The notes under the pieces were generated by a model. That model saw only the letters and a program-made list of their open reading frames with translations. It was not told the DNA's origin and did no database searches. From the NCBI GenBank assembly GCA_001662655.1, contig KV460217.1: a stretch of 64,000 nucleotides of DNA; one strand, 5' to 3'. The number at the start of each line of letters is the position of its first letter. Position 1 is the first letter of the stretch. A program made the position numbers and the translations under genes. Shown in pieces: positions 33,355-47,437 of the stretch. The DNA comes from Pseudogymnoascus verrucosus. Lineage: Eukaryota.

Positions 33355-34410
33355 ATGGCAGCTGCAGAAGTCGCCCCGCTCTCTCCGGATGCAGATGAAG
33401 AGACTCAAACTATCACCCTCTCCCACCACAACACTCCCCAGACTCTCACGCTCCCCCTCTCTGCAACAATCGCCGACCTCTCCGCCGCCGTCACCTCGAC
33501 CCTCTCCGTCCCCGCCACAAACCAAAAATTCATGATCCCAAAGCTCGGCCTCCTCAAACCGCCCTTCAAAGACCCCGCCCTCCCAGTATCCTCCTTCGCT
33601 GCCGCAAAGATAACACTCATGGGCGCCACCACCACCGAGCTACAATCCCTCAACGAAGCTCGCGCTGTGGCTGAACGAACCTTCACACGCCCGAAGCCGC
33701 GGCAGACGGTACAGGCCTATAAAACACACGACTGGAAGCGCGAACAGGAGGAGAACCAGTACACCTTCGCCACCCTCCGCCCCCTACCGTATCTCCCCAA
33801 CCCCTCACGCTCGCTCGCGTTTCTACAACGTCTTAAGGATGATGCGGGCATCAAGGCCTCGATGCGGAAGCATAAATTTTCGGTGCCGCTGCTGACGGAA
33901 ATGAATCCCGTGGAGCATACAACGGCATCAATGGACGGGGTGTCGCGCACGCTGGGGCTAAACCGCAATCGCGGGGAAGTGATCGAGCTGCGTCTGCGCA
34001 CGGATGCGTACGACGGATACAGGGACTACAAGACGATTCGACGGACACTGTGCCATGAGCTGGCTCATAATGTGTGGGGTGATCACGACCGCAATTTCTG
34101 GAACCTATGTCATGAGATTGAGAAGGAGGTTGAGAAGGCGGATTGGAAGACAGGCGGGAATGTAGTAGGAAACGAGGAATATTACGAGGGTGGCGGGGGA
34201 GGGTTTGGTGAGGAGGAAGCGGAGGATGAAGGGGGGTGGACTGGTGGGGAGTTTGTGCTTGGTGCTGCCACGGGGACCGAGGGTGTCGGCGGGCCGGCAA
34301 GGGGGGAGGCGGGGTTGAGTCGAAGAGAGGTTCTTGCTAGAGCTGCGGAGGAGAGGATCAAGCGGCAGAGAGAGCAGGAGAATGGAGGGGAGGACCTCAG
34401 TAGGCCGTGA
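33355..34410 (+). CDS. Ubiquitin-like plus WLM (Wss1-like) metalloprotease
   Basis: N-terminal UBL-like segment, LGLNRNRGEVIELRLRTD and HELAH (HExxH). Confidence 0.9.
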   Translation: MAAAEVAPLSPDADEETQTITLSHHNTPQTLTLPLSATIADLSAAVTSTLSVPATNQKFMIPKLGLLKPPFKDPALPVSSFAAAKITLMGATTTELQSLNEARAVAERTFTRPKPRQTVQAYKTHDWKREQEENQYTFATLRPLPYLPNPSRSLAFLQRLKDDAGIKASMRKHKFSVPLLTEMNPVEHTTASMDGVSRTLGLNRNRGEVIELRLRTDAYDGYRDYKTIRRTLCHELAHNVWGDHDRNFWNLCHEIEKEVEKADWKTGGNVVGNEEYYEGGGGGFGEEEAEDEGGWTGGEFVLGAATGTEGVGGPARGEAGLSRREVLARAAEERIKRQREQENGGEDLSRP

Positions 34411-34896
34411 AGAAGACTTATGATATGGTCATTACCCTTTCCATGGCAACTGGAGCTTACAAAGCTAACTGGATGCCTTCTTCTACGACGACTAAAGTGT
34501 ACTATTAAGCTCTAATATCCTATGTAATTAACAACTTCAAATGAGAGTTTTGCATAAGAATAGCTTGAACCCCCAATCGCCGCTCGAAATGTTTTACAGT
34601 AACTATATGAATCTTTCTACGAGTTAGTTACTTAAAAATGAGAAAATTTTCTATTAGCTACAGCTACAGCTATCAGTTGTCAGCAAGCACATCCTAAGAC
34701 TTTTTGGCAGCACGAGTATGAAAGAGGCACTGAGAATTCCTGTGTTCAAACCAAAACCTTTAGAATTATAAGCTACGGAACGAGCTCTATCAAAACAACG
34801 CACGTCTCTAGAATTATAATCTACCAAAACATCATCTATCAAAACAACGCAGACTTCTAGAATATAACAACTTCCCCCTCATTCTAAAACCGACCC

Positions 34897-36102
34897 CTAC
34901 AGAACTAAAAATTTCCTATCTTCATCTACCCCCTCATCCTCCGTGATCCACTCTTGCTCAATTCCCGACAGAGGCTCTTCACCCCGCTCCTCTTCCACAA
35001 CCTGGCACGAATCACTCGGATACGAATCCGCATAAAGGCCTGCGTACCAGCCATAACTAATATCGTAACCAATCTTCTCCAGAAACTCCTCTCGCTCAGT
35101 CTTGCACGTGCACCCGTCATGGAAGTCCAGCAGTGCGTCCGGCGTCATGTAGAGTAGTCGCATGATCTTGCGGCCCACGGACATGTCGTCTCCCCAGGAC
35201 TCAGCGGCCATGGCATCCCTCACCGACTTGCCTTTCAGCTTGTCGGGGGCGAGCATAGCGTCATTTCCGTATGAGCTGTAGGTACCGAAGTAGAGCAGGT
35301 CACGCGTCGGATGTCCTTGGTTGTAATGCAGCTGCACCGCGGAGTTGGAGAGGCAACAGTCATGGGTGAGAGTGTCACGGAAAACTGCGCGGAGTTCGTC
35401 GATCTCACGCAGCTCACGCGTCCGGTATTGTCTCAAGATGCTAGGGCCCACGGAGGCCTCGAAATCCATGGTGTAAGCCGAATTGTACGTCCAAAGTCGG
35501 TAAATGGCCCGACGAAGTCGATGCCTTTCCTCCTGGAGGAGAAAGCGCCGGTTTTCAGGCTTGACGCGCCATCGAAGCATGGGGTAGAGCGCAACCCATC
35601 TATTGGCAGTTCGCCCGCATTTGGCAATCTGCTTGGCCAATGCAAGAGAGAAGCATGGGTCACGGGTCTGGTGAGGGAGTTCGCTGGAGTTGAGCGTCAC
35701 AAGCTGTGTAACGTCGTGCAGAGGGCCGAATTGAGTTTCGAGAACGTTCTGGACGATTATAAGCTTCCGCGAACTGGCGTAGGCTCGGTGAAAGAGGTGG
35801 CAGGTCGCAGACAAGGCACAGATGGACTCTATGTCTGGTAAGAACCCGAAAATAAGTTGCACAATCTCTAATGGCAGGTACTGCATGTCTGATTCTTGAT
35901 TTGCTTGAAAGCGGGCTTCATGCGAGCGCTTTCCGCCTCCCAAGAAGCTTGAACGGTCTCCGTGTAGCAGGCTATCAACTCCAGGTATCAAAGAAGAAAG
36001 TCGTTTATTGGTATGAATATCGTGCGAAGCTGCGGAGGTCGTTGCAGCGTAGGAAAGGGGATTTGCGTGATGGGGGAAATGGTGCAGCATCATGAGATCC
36101 AT
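34897..36102 (-). CDS. F-box domain protein
   Basis: LPLEIVQLIFGFLPDIESICALSATCHLF in a 401-aa ORF. Confidence 0.75.
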   Translation of the reverse strand: MDLMMLHHFPHHANPLSYAATTSAASHDIHTNKRLSSLIPGVDSLLHGDRSSFLGGGKRSHEARFQANQESDMQYLPLEIVQLIFGFLPDIESICALSATCHLFHRAYASSRKLIIVQNVLETQFGPLHDVTQLVTLNSSELPHQTRDPCFSLALAKQIAKCGRTANRWVALYPMLRWRVKPENRRFLLQEERHRLRRAIYRLWTYNSAYTMDFEASVGPSILRQYRTRELREIDELRAVFRDTLTHDCCLSNSAVQLHYNQGHPTRDLLYFGTYSSYGNDAMLAPDKLKGKSVRDAMAAESWGDDMSVGRKIMRLLYMTPDALLDFHDGCTCKTEREEFLEKIGYDISYGWYAGLYADSYPSDSCQVVEEERGEEPLSGIEQEWITEDEGVDEDRKFLVL

Positions 36103-37432
36103 GATTACAGAGTTTCTTTTGAGTCAAGGTATGGGTATGTTGGTTTTCAGTCTTCTACATTGTGTCAGCAATTGCAGTCAGAAGATGGGAATATAACTCA
36201 AGACAATAGTAATAGGGCACTCACAGTTATTGACAAGCCAATTCGTGTCTAAACAACTTGGGAAATGCCAGCGAGGAACAGTTTCGCAGCGTCTCAGTCT
36301 CAGCTTCCTCCTCGACCCCCAATCTTCAGTCTATCTCAACACTTCTCACACCAAAGGAACAGGTATCAACCAGAGGTCTCGCAACAGAGTTTGCTCGATT
36401 CCAATGAATTGACTGACGAGTGATGAACTGCGTTTGCAACGCTTGTGTCACACCACCGTCAAGAGCTGTGATAAGTAGCTCAGCTCTTGGAGACCCCGTC
36501 GTTGGGGCTATAATAAAAGCCGAGAACATCTTGCGAGGTTCTCACGTTTTTTGCGCTCAGCCAGCGTTGGCTAAAGGGGATTGAGTTACTCATGATGATC
36601 GATGGGGAGGGAAGGAGAAGATTTGGGTGCGACGTTGGTTGTTTATACTCTGGGGGTGACAGGGGTGCCAAGTGCCAAGACCAACGTCGGTATGAGCTCT
36701 GACTCTGACTGTAACCCATTTTAATATGATGTGACGCAAGGTAATTTCATTTAACAGACATTTTCAACATATCCATAATCACGAACGGATCATAGTCACA
36801 ATTAGAATAGATATATAATTTAAATTTCTTTCATAATTTTGCTCAACTACGGTTTCTAGCCTTAAAAGATGATCTCTTCTCGATATCTATCAAAGTATTA
36901 GCATTATGAAACCCATTGATGCCTTGACGTAGATAAATATTTGAGTTGATTCAGAACATGTTTCTTATCTCACAGAGCACTGTGTGCCTCAACGAGCTGG
37001 GTTATATATCTGGTCTCTTGACCATTTGTCATCATTTAAGAGGGTATGAGGGAGTAAAAAAAATAATAATAACATACCAAATTCGGACCAACATTGAAAA
37101 CACATCAGTTTGAAGATGTTAACCTCTCTTCATGCACCGTTATCCCATAGAGTAATGAGAAACGGCGCTTGGTAAGGAAAGGATATGGTATCTGATCTCG
37201 GCACGATGAAAATAGTATTCCTTCAGCATAAGAGCATGGGAAAGCTCGGAATGCTGTACACACTAATGCCTTGCATGTCACAGCACACATCACCAACGGG
37301 AAGGGGAACGAAACAAAAAGTCAGTTGTCATCAAAAAGCTCTGTTGGTGCCACAATACAGTTACCGATCCGCATTATACTCAACCCAACACCCACAACGC
37401 CGTCCATGCCATCCCAAATGCGAAACCCGCGA

Positions 37433-38482
37433 TTAAGCAAACAGAGCCGCCGCATCCAGCCCATCCGTGGGCTTCTGGAACCCGTCTGATCGCAGGCCCA
37501 ACTCGTCGTGCCGCGCCAGCTTCTCGATACTCTGCTCGGCGCGCTGGTTGTACCTGCCCGCCTTCTTGTGTCGGATGTCGGAACGGACTTGGTTGGGCGA
37601 CACGAACTCCTTGTTCTCGTAGATCACCGGTCCACCAAATGAACCCTCGAGGATCACGATTGGCGTAAGCACGAAACGCGGGCCGATCTCGACGAGGCTG
37701 ACCTCGGTCTCTGAACCCTTAACCTTCTTGGCTTTCTTCGCTGCGGCCTCGGCGGCCTCATCTTCCTCCTCTCCTGGCTTTACTTTCGAGGGGATCGATT
37801 CGCTGATCTGGTAGTTGCGGATCCATACCTTACCATCGGCGAGGGTAAAGCCCATAACGTGGTCGACGAACGGCTTAACCTTACGGGCGCCCTTTGGTAC
37901 GCCGAAGATGTGAAGGAACATCTCCTTGAGGAGACGGAGATGTGGCTCTTTATCGAATTTGGCATCGAACGAAAGGACAGGCCGGGAGCCTTTCAGGCAG
38001 TTACCGGTGAAGTGGAGCTCTTCCATAGTGTGTACTGTATCTAGTGAGCAATAGCCTAGAAGTAGAAGTAGTGAAGAGCCTTACAATTTTGCATGTGCAT
38101 CTTAACTGTCGGTCCGTTGGGCGCCTTGCTCATCCACAGGTAAAGATCCTTTCCCTTCCTGGCCTCGAAGAAAAACACATTGTTGCAGTTGTATAACTCA
38201 GCAAGTTCGTTTAGTTGATATAATTTCGTCTTGGTATCAAGCTTGACATCCTTTCGGCTGTGGGGAAGGAGGGAGTGAAGGTCATTAAGTAGATGGCGAT
38301 GTCTATTGCGCTTCAAGTTAATATTCTAGGTGCTTCATCCGTCAACTGGGGAATTCCAACCTGTATGTAACACCTCTTGACGAGAGAATCAAGACTTTTT
38401 GCTTGTTCCTCTTGATTATGCTGCTTGCGCCCTCCTCCTTTCCGTTCGTAGGCTTCGATAATGACTTATAAACGGACGCCAT
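37433..38482 (-). CDS. BRX1: Ribosome biogenesis protein Brx1
   Basis: VLILSSRGV, LNELAELYNCNN, GPTVK, ELHFTGNCLKGSRP, EIGPRFVL, GSFGG; two introns. Confidence 0.97.
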
Positions 38483-39062
38483 TGTGGTAATGTCCTTGAA
38501 GTTGTGAGAGTCGCGAAATTCTCTAAATCTTCTTGAGTTTCTCAATCGCAACTCGAGAACTTTTTGGCGGAGTTATCTTAGCGCAAGGCTAAGATTGCCT
38601 ATATTACGCTAACCCACAAACGGTCAAGCTCTGTTTTGCTCAGGTCGAAGCATCATGGGTTACAGGTTGGAGAGGAGACCTCGTAAATAAATCAATACTG
38701 AGAATTATGATCATACTCTAGGTTAAATACAAACAGAAATACAAACACATTAATCACTGTTTGTGTTCATTCGCACCAGACATTCATATTGACAAGAATT
38801 CAGGAAATACTGTTACACGTGAAGGAACCCAATCTTCATGCCGAATCCAAAAAGGGAACACAATGGATGATTATAAAAATCCATTTGAGTAGACCGGTAC
38901 AAAGCAAAAAGTCATCGCTCAAGACCAGAACCCGGCGATCATGAGATGAGACCCCCTTTCATCCAGTTTCCGTCTTACAGACAAGTAAATACGCCACCGC
39001 TGTATCAATCAAACAATCTCTTTCACCAACCAATATCTGTGAATCGAAGGGGTATAAGTTCC

Positions 39063-39974
<912 letters not shown>

Positions 39975-40636
39975 GTTGGCGGTCGTGATGTCGTGGTGAT
40001 GATGGGGGGGAGGAGGGGTTGTAGAGAGGTTCGTTCGTCACCGCATCACACTATGTATTTCGTCCGGGTGGATGTAGTGGACAAGGCAACACGATTAAAT
40101 TGGCGAGCCCGCAGTTGCTGCACCACACACGCGCCACACCGCGCCACACCGCGCCACACACACATGGAAGCTTAAGAAGCTCGTCTAGCCCGTTTCAGTG
40201 AATTCACAATAAAGAAGCCAACGACGAACAAGCAACAACAAACATTCTTTGTCCAGTATTTAAAGGAAGCAGGGCATTCTTCTTGAACCTACATTACATT
40301 AATACAACTCCTAAATACATAAAAGTTCAAGTTAACGTGTCATTCATCCTCTAGAGGCTCGTACACACGTTTCATTACACGCCTGGACCCTGGAACCAAG
40401 GAGCATTATATAGTCACGTGTGTGTAAGTATTCTCATTCTTTGATATCGATATCGTTCAAACAGCCTAACAGGATATAGAAATACTCTAGACGCGGCCAT
40501 CCTAGGAGCTAGGCTCTGCTCTGAACCTTGCAGCTGCATAAAGTCGAGGTGAAGCTGTACCAAAGCACAACGTCGCTCTTACTTAACTTGGCGATGAATC
40601 TCGAGTGCGGTGTGCCGATTGCCGCCTAAACAGACA

Positions 40637-43600
40637 ATGGCATCCAGTTCCCCGCCACCAGGTTCAGGTTCAGGTTCAAGTTCAGACAGTGAAAGTGATG
40701 AGGATGTATATGTCGTCAAGCGGATCCTGTCCGAAGGAGGTAGGGACGAAGAACGGGTATTCCTTATCGAGTGGGAGGGGTATCCCCTTTTAGAATCTAC
40801 CTGGGAACCCGAGGAAAATGTCCTAAGTAAGGACACATTAAAGGCATGGCAAGAAGAAAAGCTCCGTCAACGAGAAGGTCTTTCCGAGCCATTTGACACC
40901 GATGAGTTCGACAAGCTTAAAGAGGAGTATGACAAGCGCAAACTGAGGCGAGAAAAACTTGGGCTTCCACCACAATCAAAGACCTCGAAATCCGAAAGCA
41001 AGGGAGATTCCTCCAGCGATGAAGCCGAGGAGGCCTATGTTGAAGTTCCAGACGCTGAAGGAATACCACTGTCAAAGAAATCACAGCAAGCTCGGGTAAA
41101 ACGCCGCGATACTACTCTCAGTGACGATGATACTGTTATGAATGATGCTCCTACAAGTGAAGATCGATCTAGAAAAGAGGCCAGACCCACCAAGAACGGG
41201 ACCGAGACAAAGGCCAAAGTTCACAAAGCTCCAATAATAGAAGCACCTAGCGCAACAGGTTATCAAGGAACGGCTCATAGAGGCCCGGTCTCCCACTCTG
41301 CCGATGCCCCAAGAGAGCGATCAGGAAAAGGAAGGCCGCGTACGACCGGACGGGGTAGCCACATGGCAATGTCAAAACCCAAGGCCCGAAGAACCATCGA
41401 GAACAGGATCTTAACTGAAACCCGTTCAAAGGAGGCAAAGGCACCGCAACTCTTTACAAACAAGAGCCAGGAACGCAGATTCGAATTGGGTGCTAGGGGG
41501 TTGGCAGATCGTGCTCCTGCGCAACTGCCCCGCCTGATGAATCCAGCCGAGTACCGTATTCGGAAGAAGACCTCAGTGCCAGTTCCCGGGGGAGCTCAAA
41601 GCACACAGACGCCAGTCTCTACACCAGGTGACCAACAACCGGTTCCCAGTTCAACGGCGGCAACGGCACCTATGGTATCTAGTCCCGAAGAGTTCATTCC
41701 TCAACAGGAGGCTACTGCCGTCGGATTTGGGGAAGAGCAGCCAAACCACTCTCCTATTGCCACATTTCATCCACCTACTGCACCAATGGGCTCAACTTCT
41801 TCAATTCCAATTCACGGCCACCCAGCCAGTTCCGGAGCGCAAGATGTGGCAAATGTCCTTCCATCAGCACCAGTACGAAAAGTATCACTGGCTAATTACT
41901 CTGCGAAACAAAACGGTGTCGCGCCGAAACCAGTCTCTATGTTTAATCAGGCGCAGGGTGGTTTGAGTGAGACTACTCTGAAATCATTCTTCGGGGATCG
42001 TCAGGCTCAAGATGACCCTCTTGTCCTAACATTTATTGACGTTAGCGTTCACAACATGGCCTGGGGGGCTGCGGCCCAACAACTCCGAAGCAAAGATCTC
42101 ACCTTCAACTACATCTGTCGATCTACAGATGTCGACAACTTCAAGTCGGAGTTTAATCCCACTTTATTGGCAAGAGGGAAGGTTACCGCAGGCACTGGAG
42201 ATGACCAGAAAGTCCAAGACAGTATCTCCGCCCTGGGTGATTATTTAAGAGTTAACATTTCCGGTTTGCTTTATAACTTGGAGTCTCTCAATGTTGTCAT
42301 ATACCCGACACGATGTGAAGAATGGAAATTTATCGAGTCCGGTGCTCAGCTTCAGCACAGCGGTCAACTATCGTTTTTTTCGTTCACCACGCCATCAAAA
42401 CTCGTGTGCCCGTCTTATAACAGAGAGGCAGAAAGTAGGATGTCCAAAATGAAAGTTAATGGATGTGAGGACTATCAACTTCTAAGCAGGGCAATATTTG
42501 GATTCAGCTACCAAAGTCTCCACCAAGTCGACAAGAAAAGCCCTCGGGACTCGTTTTTTCTCCTGTTCCCTAACATGACAGCCCCACTTGCAGACCATAC
42601 GGCTGCCTGGTTACGGTCCTCAAACAAGGAGTGCAGGATATATACTTGCCAGCAAGCTGGGTCTTGGCGCCAATTTGTGAAATACACTGGTAATCCAGAG
42701 GGAGGGAGCCTGATTATCCACCACAAGATGATCTCCTTGATTCCGAGATACCCAGAGCTTCAAAAGTTCTTGCTCAACGGATTAAACAACGTGTGGTGTA
42801 TAGATGAAGATTTTCCAAAGGGCAAATACTTAATAAGGCTCTTTCCCCATGGAGGAGCGGTATGCCTAACCTCGGGATTCCTATCCGGAGAACCAGAAAT
42901 GGCTCTATTCTTCTTGAACTGGTTCTTGTCGAAAAGGGGGGGGTCTCGAGCTTCATCTGGAACTTGGAAGCTACTCGTATGCCGTGATATATATAAATTT
43001 GTATCTGACCAGGCAATCGGCGCTGCCAAACGAAGAGCGAAACTTCTTGAGACCCTTCCAGCCGGCCTTACTGATTCTCAAATACAATCTATTGCTACCG
43101 GCATCGGACTATCAATGAAGAATTGCAAAGATCGTTTCGATCTTATGGATGTGGTAGGCAGACTTGTTCACCCGAAGAACGAGAAGGAAAGAGATCTCGA
43201 CGCCGTGTTGCAAGCGGATGATACTCGTACCCTAATAGTATTTGCGGATGAAGAGATTAAGCCGTCCGATGACCGTGGGCTCATCCGCTACTTCGCATAT
43301 TGGTCGGTTCTTCATTTGAAAAAATTCCGCAAATTCGTTGCCATCGGCTCGAAAACAAGCCCTGAAGAGCATGAGGAGGCGGCTGCACAGCCGCCAAAGA
43401 TATCAAATTCCTCCGGCACAAAGCCTCCATCAGAAAACACACCACAGGATCGGCCTCCGTCTAAGAGCCCTGGGACATCGAAGTGGAAGCGCAGCTGCTT
43501 TGCTTCTGTAGATGGAGCAGATGACGATGACGATTATGAGCCGACCATCGAGCCTCAGCCAGATACGACTCAAATATCAGAGACAGATGACTTGAACGCC

Positions 43601-44476
43601 GGCGTCGCTCCAGAAGACTTAAACCTAGGGGTTCTTAAATTTATCGTCGAAACGGGTGTAACCTACATTGTGGCGACGGATTTCATGAACCGGGCTAAGG
43701 GCAACCACGAACGGGCAATGATGCTCTACGAGTTTTCAAAAAAGGCCAAAAAGCAGGCTGAAGAAGCCGCTGGTGCGCCGGTGGCAGCTGAGACGCCGCC
43801 GGTTCCTCCTACACCTGTCACCGATGCAAATGTAGCGATCCCATCCACCGAGGCCGTCACCACCGAAGACGTCGTCATGGAAGACGCACCACCTGTCGCA
43901 CCGGACGCTGCACCGTCTACCCCCCAACCCACGGATACCAATTCCCCGGCCCAAAACAACGTCCCGGATGCCCAACCTTCCTCTCAGACCTCAAACTCAG
44001 GCATCATAACTTCCGAAGCCGGCCTCCGCTTTGTCCCACGCTCCGTGCGCTCATCTGGCACAGTGCGAAACGAGCTGAATATCCGACCTGGCTATGTTCC
44101 GCCGGAGGATAAAGAGGTGTACAAAGTGAGCCGCGGACGCTCAGGGAGTGTTGAGAGAGCGTCGAAGTCGAGGTCGCGGAGTGGTTCTAGTGGTGTAGAA
44201 GAAGGGGGGATAGGTAGTGGGGCGGCATCAGCATCGGTGTCGCCGGGTGGTGTTTTGACGCCTGTTACGCCTGCTACGCCTAGTGAGTGGCGGAAGGATC
44301 AGATCGATCGGATGGAGGGGGTTAAGGGGGCGGAGGAGGGGAAGGGGGAAGGGAAGCTTAGTACGTTGGAGTGGTATGCGGAGATGAAGTTGAAGGGGGT
44401 GGAATGGAATCACATCGCTGTTGTGGGGTGGGAAGACGCGTTTAAGTTGCTGAGGGTTGAGTATAAGAAGAAGTGA
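40637..44476 (+). CDS. Large chromodomain protein (Chp1-like) with UBA-like segment and PYM/WIBG-like Mago-binding motif
   Basis: Chromodomain YVVKRILSE...FLIEWEGYPLLESTWEPEEN, a central globular region, a UBA-like FIVETGV...AKGNHERAM segment, and GLRFVPRSVRSSGTVRNELNIRPGYVPPED near the C-terminus. Confidence 0.85.
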   Translation: MASSSPPPGSGSGSSSDSESDEDVYVVKRILSEGGRDEERVFLIEWEGYPLLESTWEPEENVLSKDTLKAWQEEKLRQREGLSEPFDTDEFDKLKEEYDKRKLRREKLGLPPQSKTSKSESKGDSSSDEAEEAYVEVPDAEGIPLSKKSQQARVKRRDTTLSDDDTVMNDAPTSEDRSRKEARPTKNGTETKAKVHKAPIIEAPSATGYQGTAHRGPVSHSADAPRERSGKGRPRTTGRGSHMAMSKPKARRTIENRILTETRSKEAKAPQLFTNKSQERRFELGARGLADRAPAQLPRLMNPAEYRIRKKTSVPVPGGAQSTQTPVSTPGDQQPVPSSTAATAPMVSSPEEFIPQQEATAVGFGEEQPNHSPIATFHPPTAPMGSTSSIPIHGHPASSGAQDVANVLPSAPVRKVSLANYSAKQNGVAPKPVSMFNQAQGGLSETTLKSFFGDRQAQDDPLVLTFIDVSVHNMAWGAAAQQLRSKDLTFNYICRSTDVDNFKSEFNPTLLARGKVTAGTGDDQKVQDSISALGDYLRVNISGLLYNLESLNVVIYPTRCEEWKFIESGAQLQHSGQLSFFSFTTPSKLVCPSYNREAESRMSKMKVNGCEDYQLLSRAIFGFSYQSLHQVDKKSPRDSFFLLFPNMTAPLADHTAAWLRSSNKECRIYTCQQAGSWRQFVKYTGNPEGGSLIIHHKMISLIPRYPELQKFLLNGLNNVWCIDEDFPKGKYLIRLFPHGGAVCLTSGFLSGEPEMALFFLNWFLSKRGGSRASSGTWKLLVCRDIYKFVSDQAIGAAKRRAKLLETLPAGLTDSQIQSIATGIGLSMKNCKDRFDLMDVVGRLVHPKNEKERDLDAVLQADDTRTLIVFADEEIKPSDDRGLIRYFAYWSVLHLKKFRKFVAIGSKTSPEEHEEAAAQPPKISNSSGTKPPSENTPQDRPPSKSPGTSKWKRSCFASVDGADDDDDYEPTIEPQPDTTQISETDDLNAGVAPEDLNLGVLKFIVETGVTYIVATDFMNRAKGNHERAMMLYEFSKKAKKQAEEAAGAPVAAETPPVPPTPVTDANVAIPSTEAVTTEDVVMEDAPPVAPDAAPSTPQPTDTNSPAQNNVPDAQPSSQTSNSGIITSEAGLRFVPRSVRSSGTVRNELNIRPGYVPPEDKEVYKVSRGRSGSVERASKSRSRSGSSGVEEGGIGSGAASASVSPGGVLTPVTPATPSEWRKDQIDRMEGVKGAEEGKGEGKLSTLEWYAEMKLKGVEWNHIAVVGWEDAFKLLRVEYKKK

Positions 44477-44860
44477 TACCCTCGGTTCTTTGCATTGCTG
44501 GTTAATGTTGCTTCACTGGCGTCGGCTATTTTTTGCGAGTAGGCTATCTTGCATCATTCATGGAGCTTAGGGCTGGCGTATATTTCAGAATTCAGGGAGC
44601 TTAGGACTGGCGCTTAGTTTAGAAGATATTGCTATCTTATAGCACTAATCGAATAGGCTCAGGAGTCAATAACGTCTAACAATTAAAGATTCTTTATTTT
44701 GCTACGCTTGAACACGCCTAATCTAACAAACATCGGCCACCCCGTTGTCGTGCTGCTCAGCTTTTTGCATTCCGTGACGCCCAGTGCTAGTATACAAACA
44801 CATCCATTCGCCTCTCCGAACTCCGGCCTTGCCCCTACCCACCCCATTCCCAATCTCCAT

Positions 44861-46409
<1,549 letters not shown>

Positions 46410-47437
46410 TTATTCGGGGTATACAGGAGGGTAGGATGTGGAATGGTAGAGCGGGCGTAGGAGTGATGGTGGTATAAAGATCAATTAAAGATTATTAGCA
46501 GTAGCCCGTAGTAGGTAGTAGTACGGTTATCGCGAAGCCCACCTGTACCGTACCGCCTTACGCCCTGTCATACAACAAACGCAACGCCGCTCTAGCACTA
46601 CAGTACGTACTACCTACACTTCCGCTGTACGCGACCTGACCGACGCGTCTATAATCTGCAGTGGTATAAATTCTTAATATATTGAAACAACTCAACAGCC
46701 AACGGCTTAACTTCGCGGCAAGTTGCATGTGGCCACACAAAGCCATACAGATTAAATTCAGAATCCGTAATTCAGATTTGGGGTTCTCTTTTCATGCGCA
46801 GCAGTCTACTCTTTAGGATCTCTTGACTACTACAGTTTCTGTCTACTTAATCATTGATTTTTAGCCACTTGTGCCTGCCGCCAGACCCTGCCGCCACCGA
46901 CCGCCAAAGCCAGCCAAGCCAATTTAGTTATTGCTTCTCAAACAGTAATAACTGCACCTGAACTACACCTCATTTTTTTTTGCTTCTGAATCCACCTCAA
47001 CTCCTCACGACTATATAACGCCCCCTCTTCTACTCGAAGCTCCTCCTCCTCCTGCTCTTTTTTCTATACATTTTAAAGAGAGCCTGTACAGCAGCTGCGA
47101 TACCCCTCCTCGTCAACACCGCTTTTTGTCTCATCCAAGACCAGCCAGTCACCAAGGGGTCCACTACCCACTGTACTACACTGTACTGTAAGTTATTTGC
47201 AATCGCATTCGAAGTGAATCTATTTAGATCCTATATTCCTTCATTTGGCACTTGAATAGCACACCTGCTAACGTTCATCGCCTCAGACGCGCACTCCATA
47301 CAAACCAGCATTGGCTTCCCTGGCCCTGCGAAATATCGGATGTTGCCCGAACGCGCATCCTACGGTCATTCATGATCAGGCGCATGATTGCCGAGTCATC
47401 ATACCTGTAGCTGGAACGCTACGCGCAATCGCGCAAT

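Noticed and set aside
40131..40160. GCGCCACACC x3 microrepeat upstream of Rab11
   Set aside because: Simple low-complexity repeat with no evidence of function.
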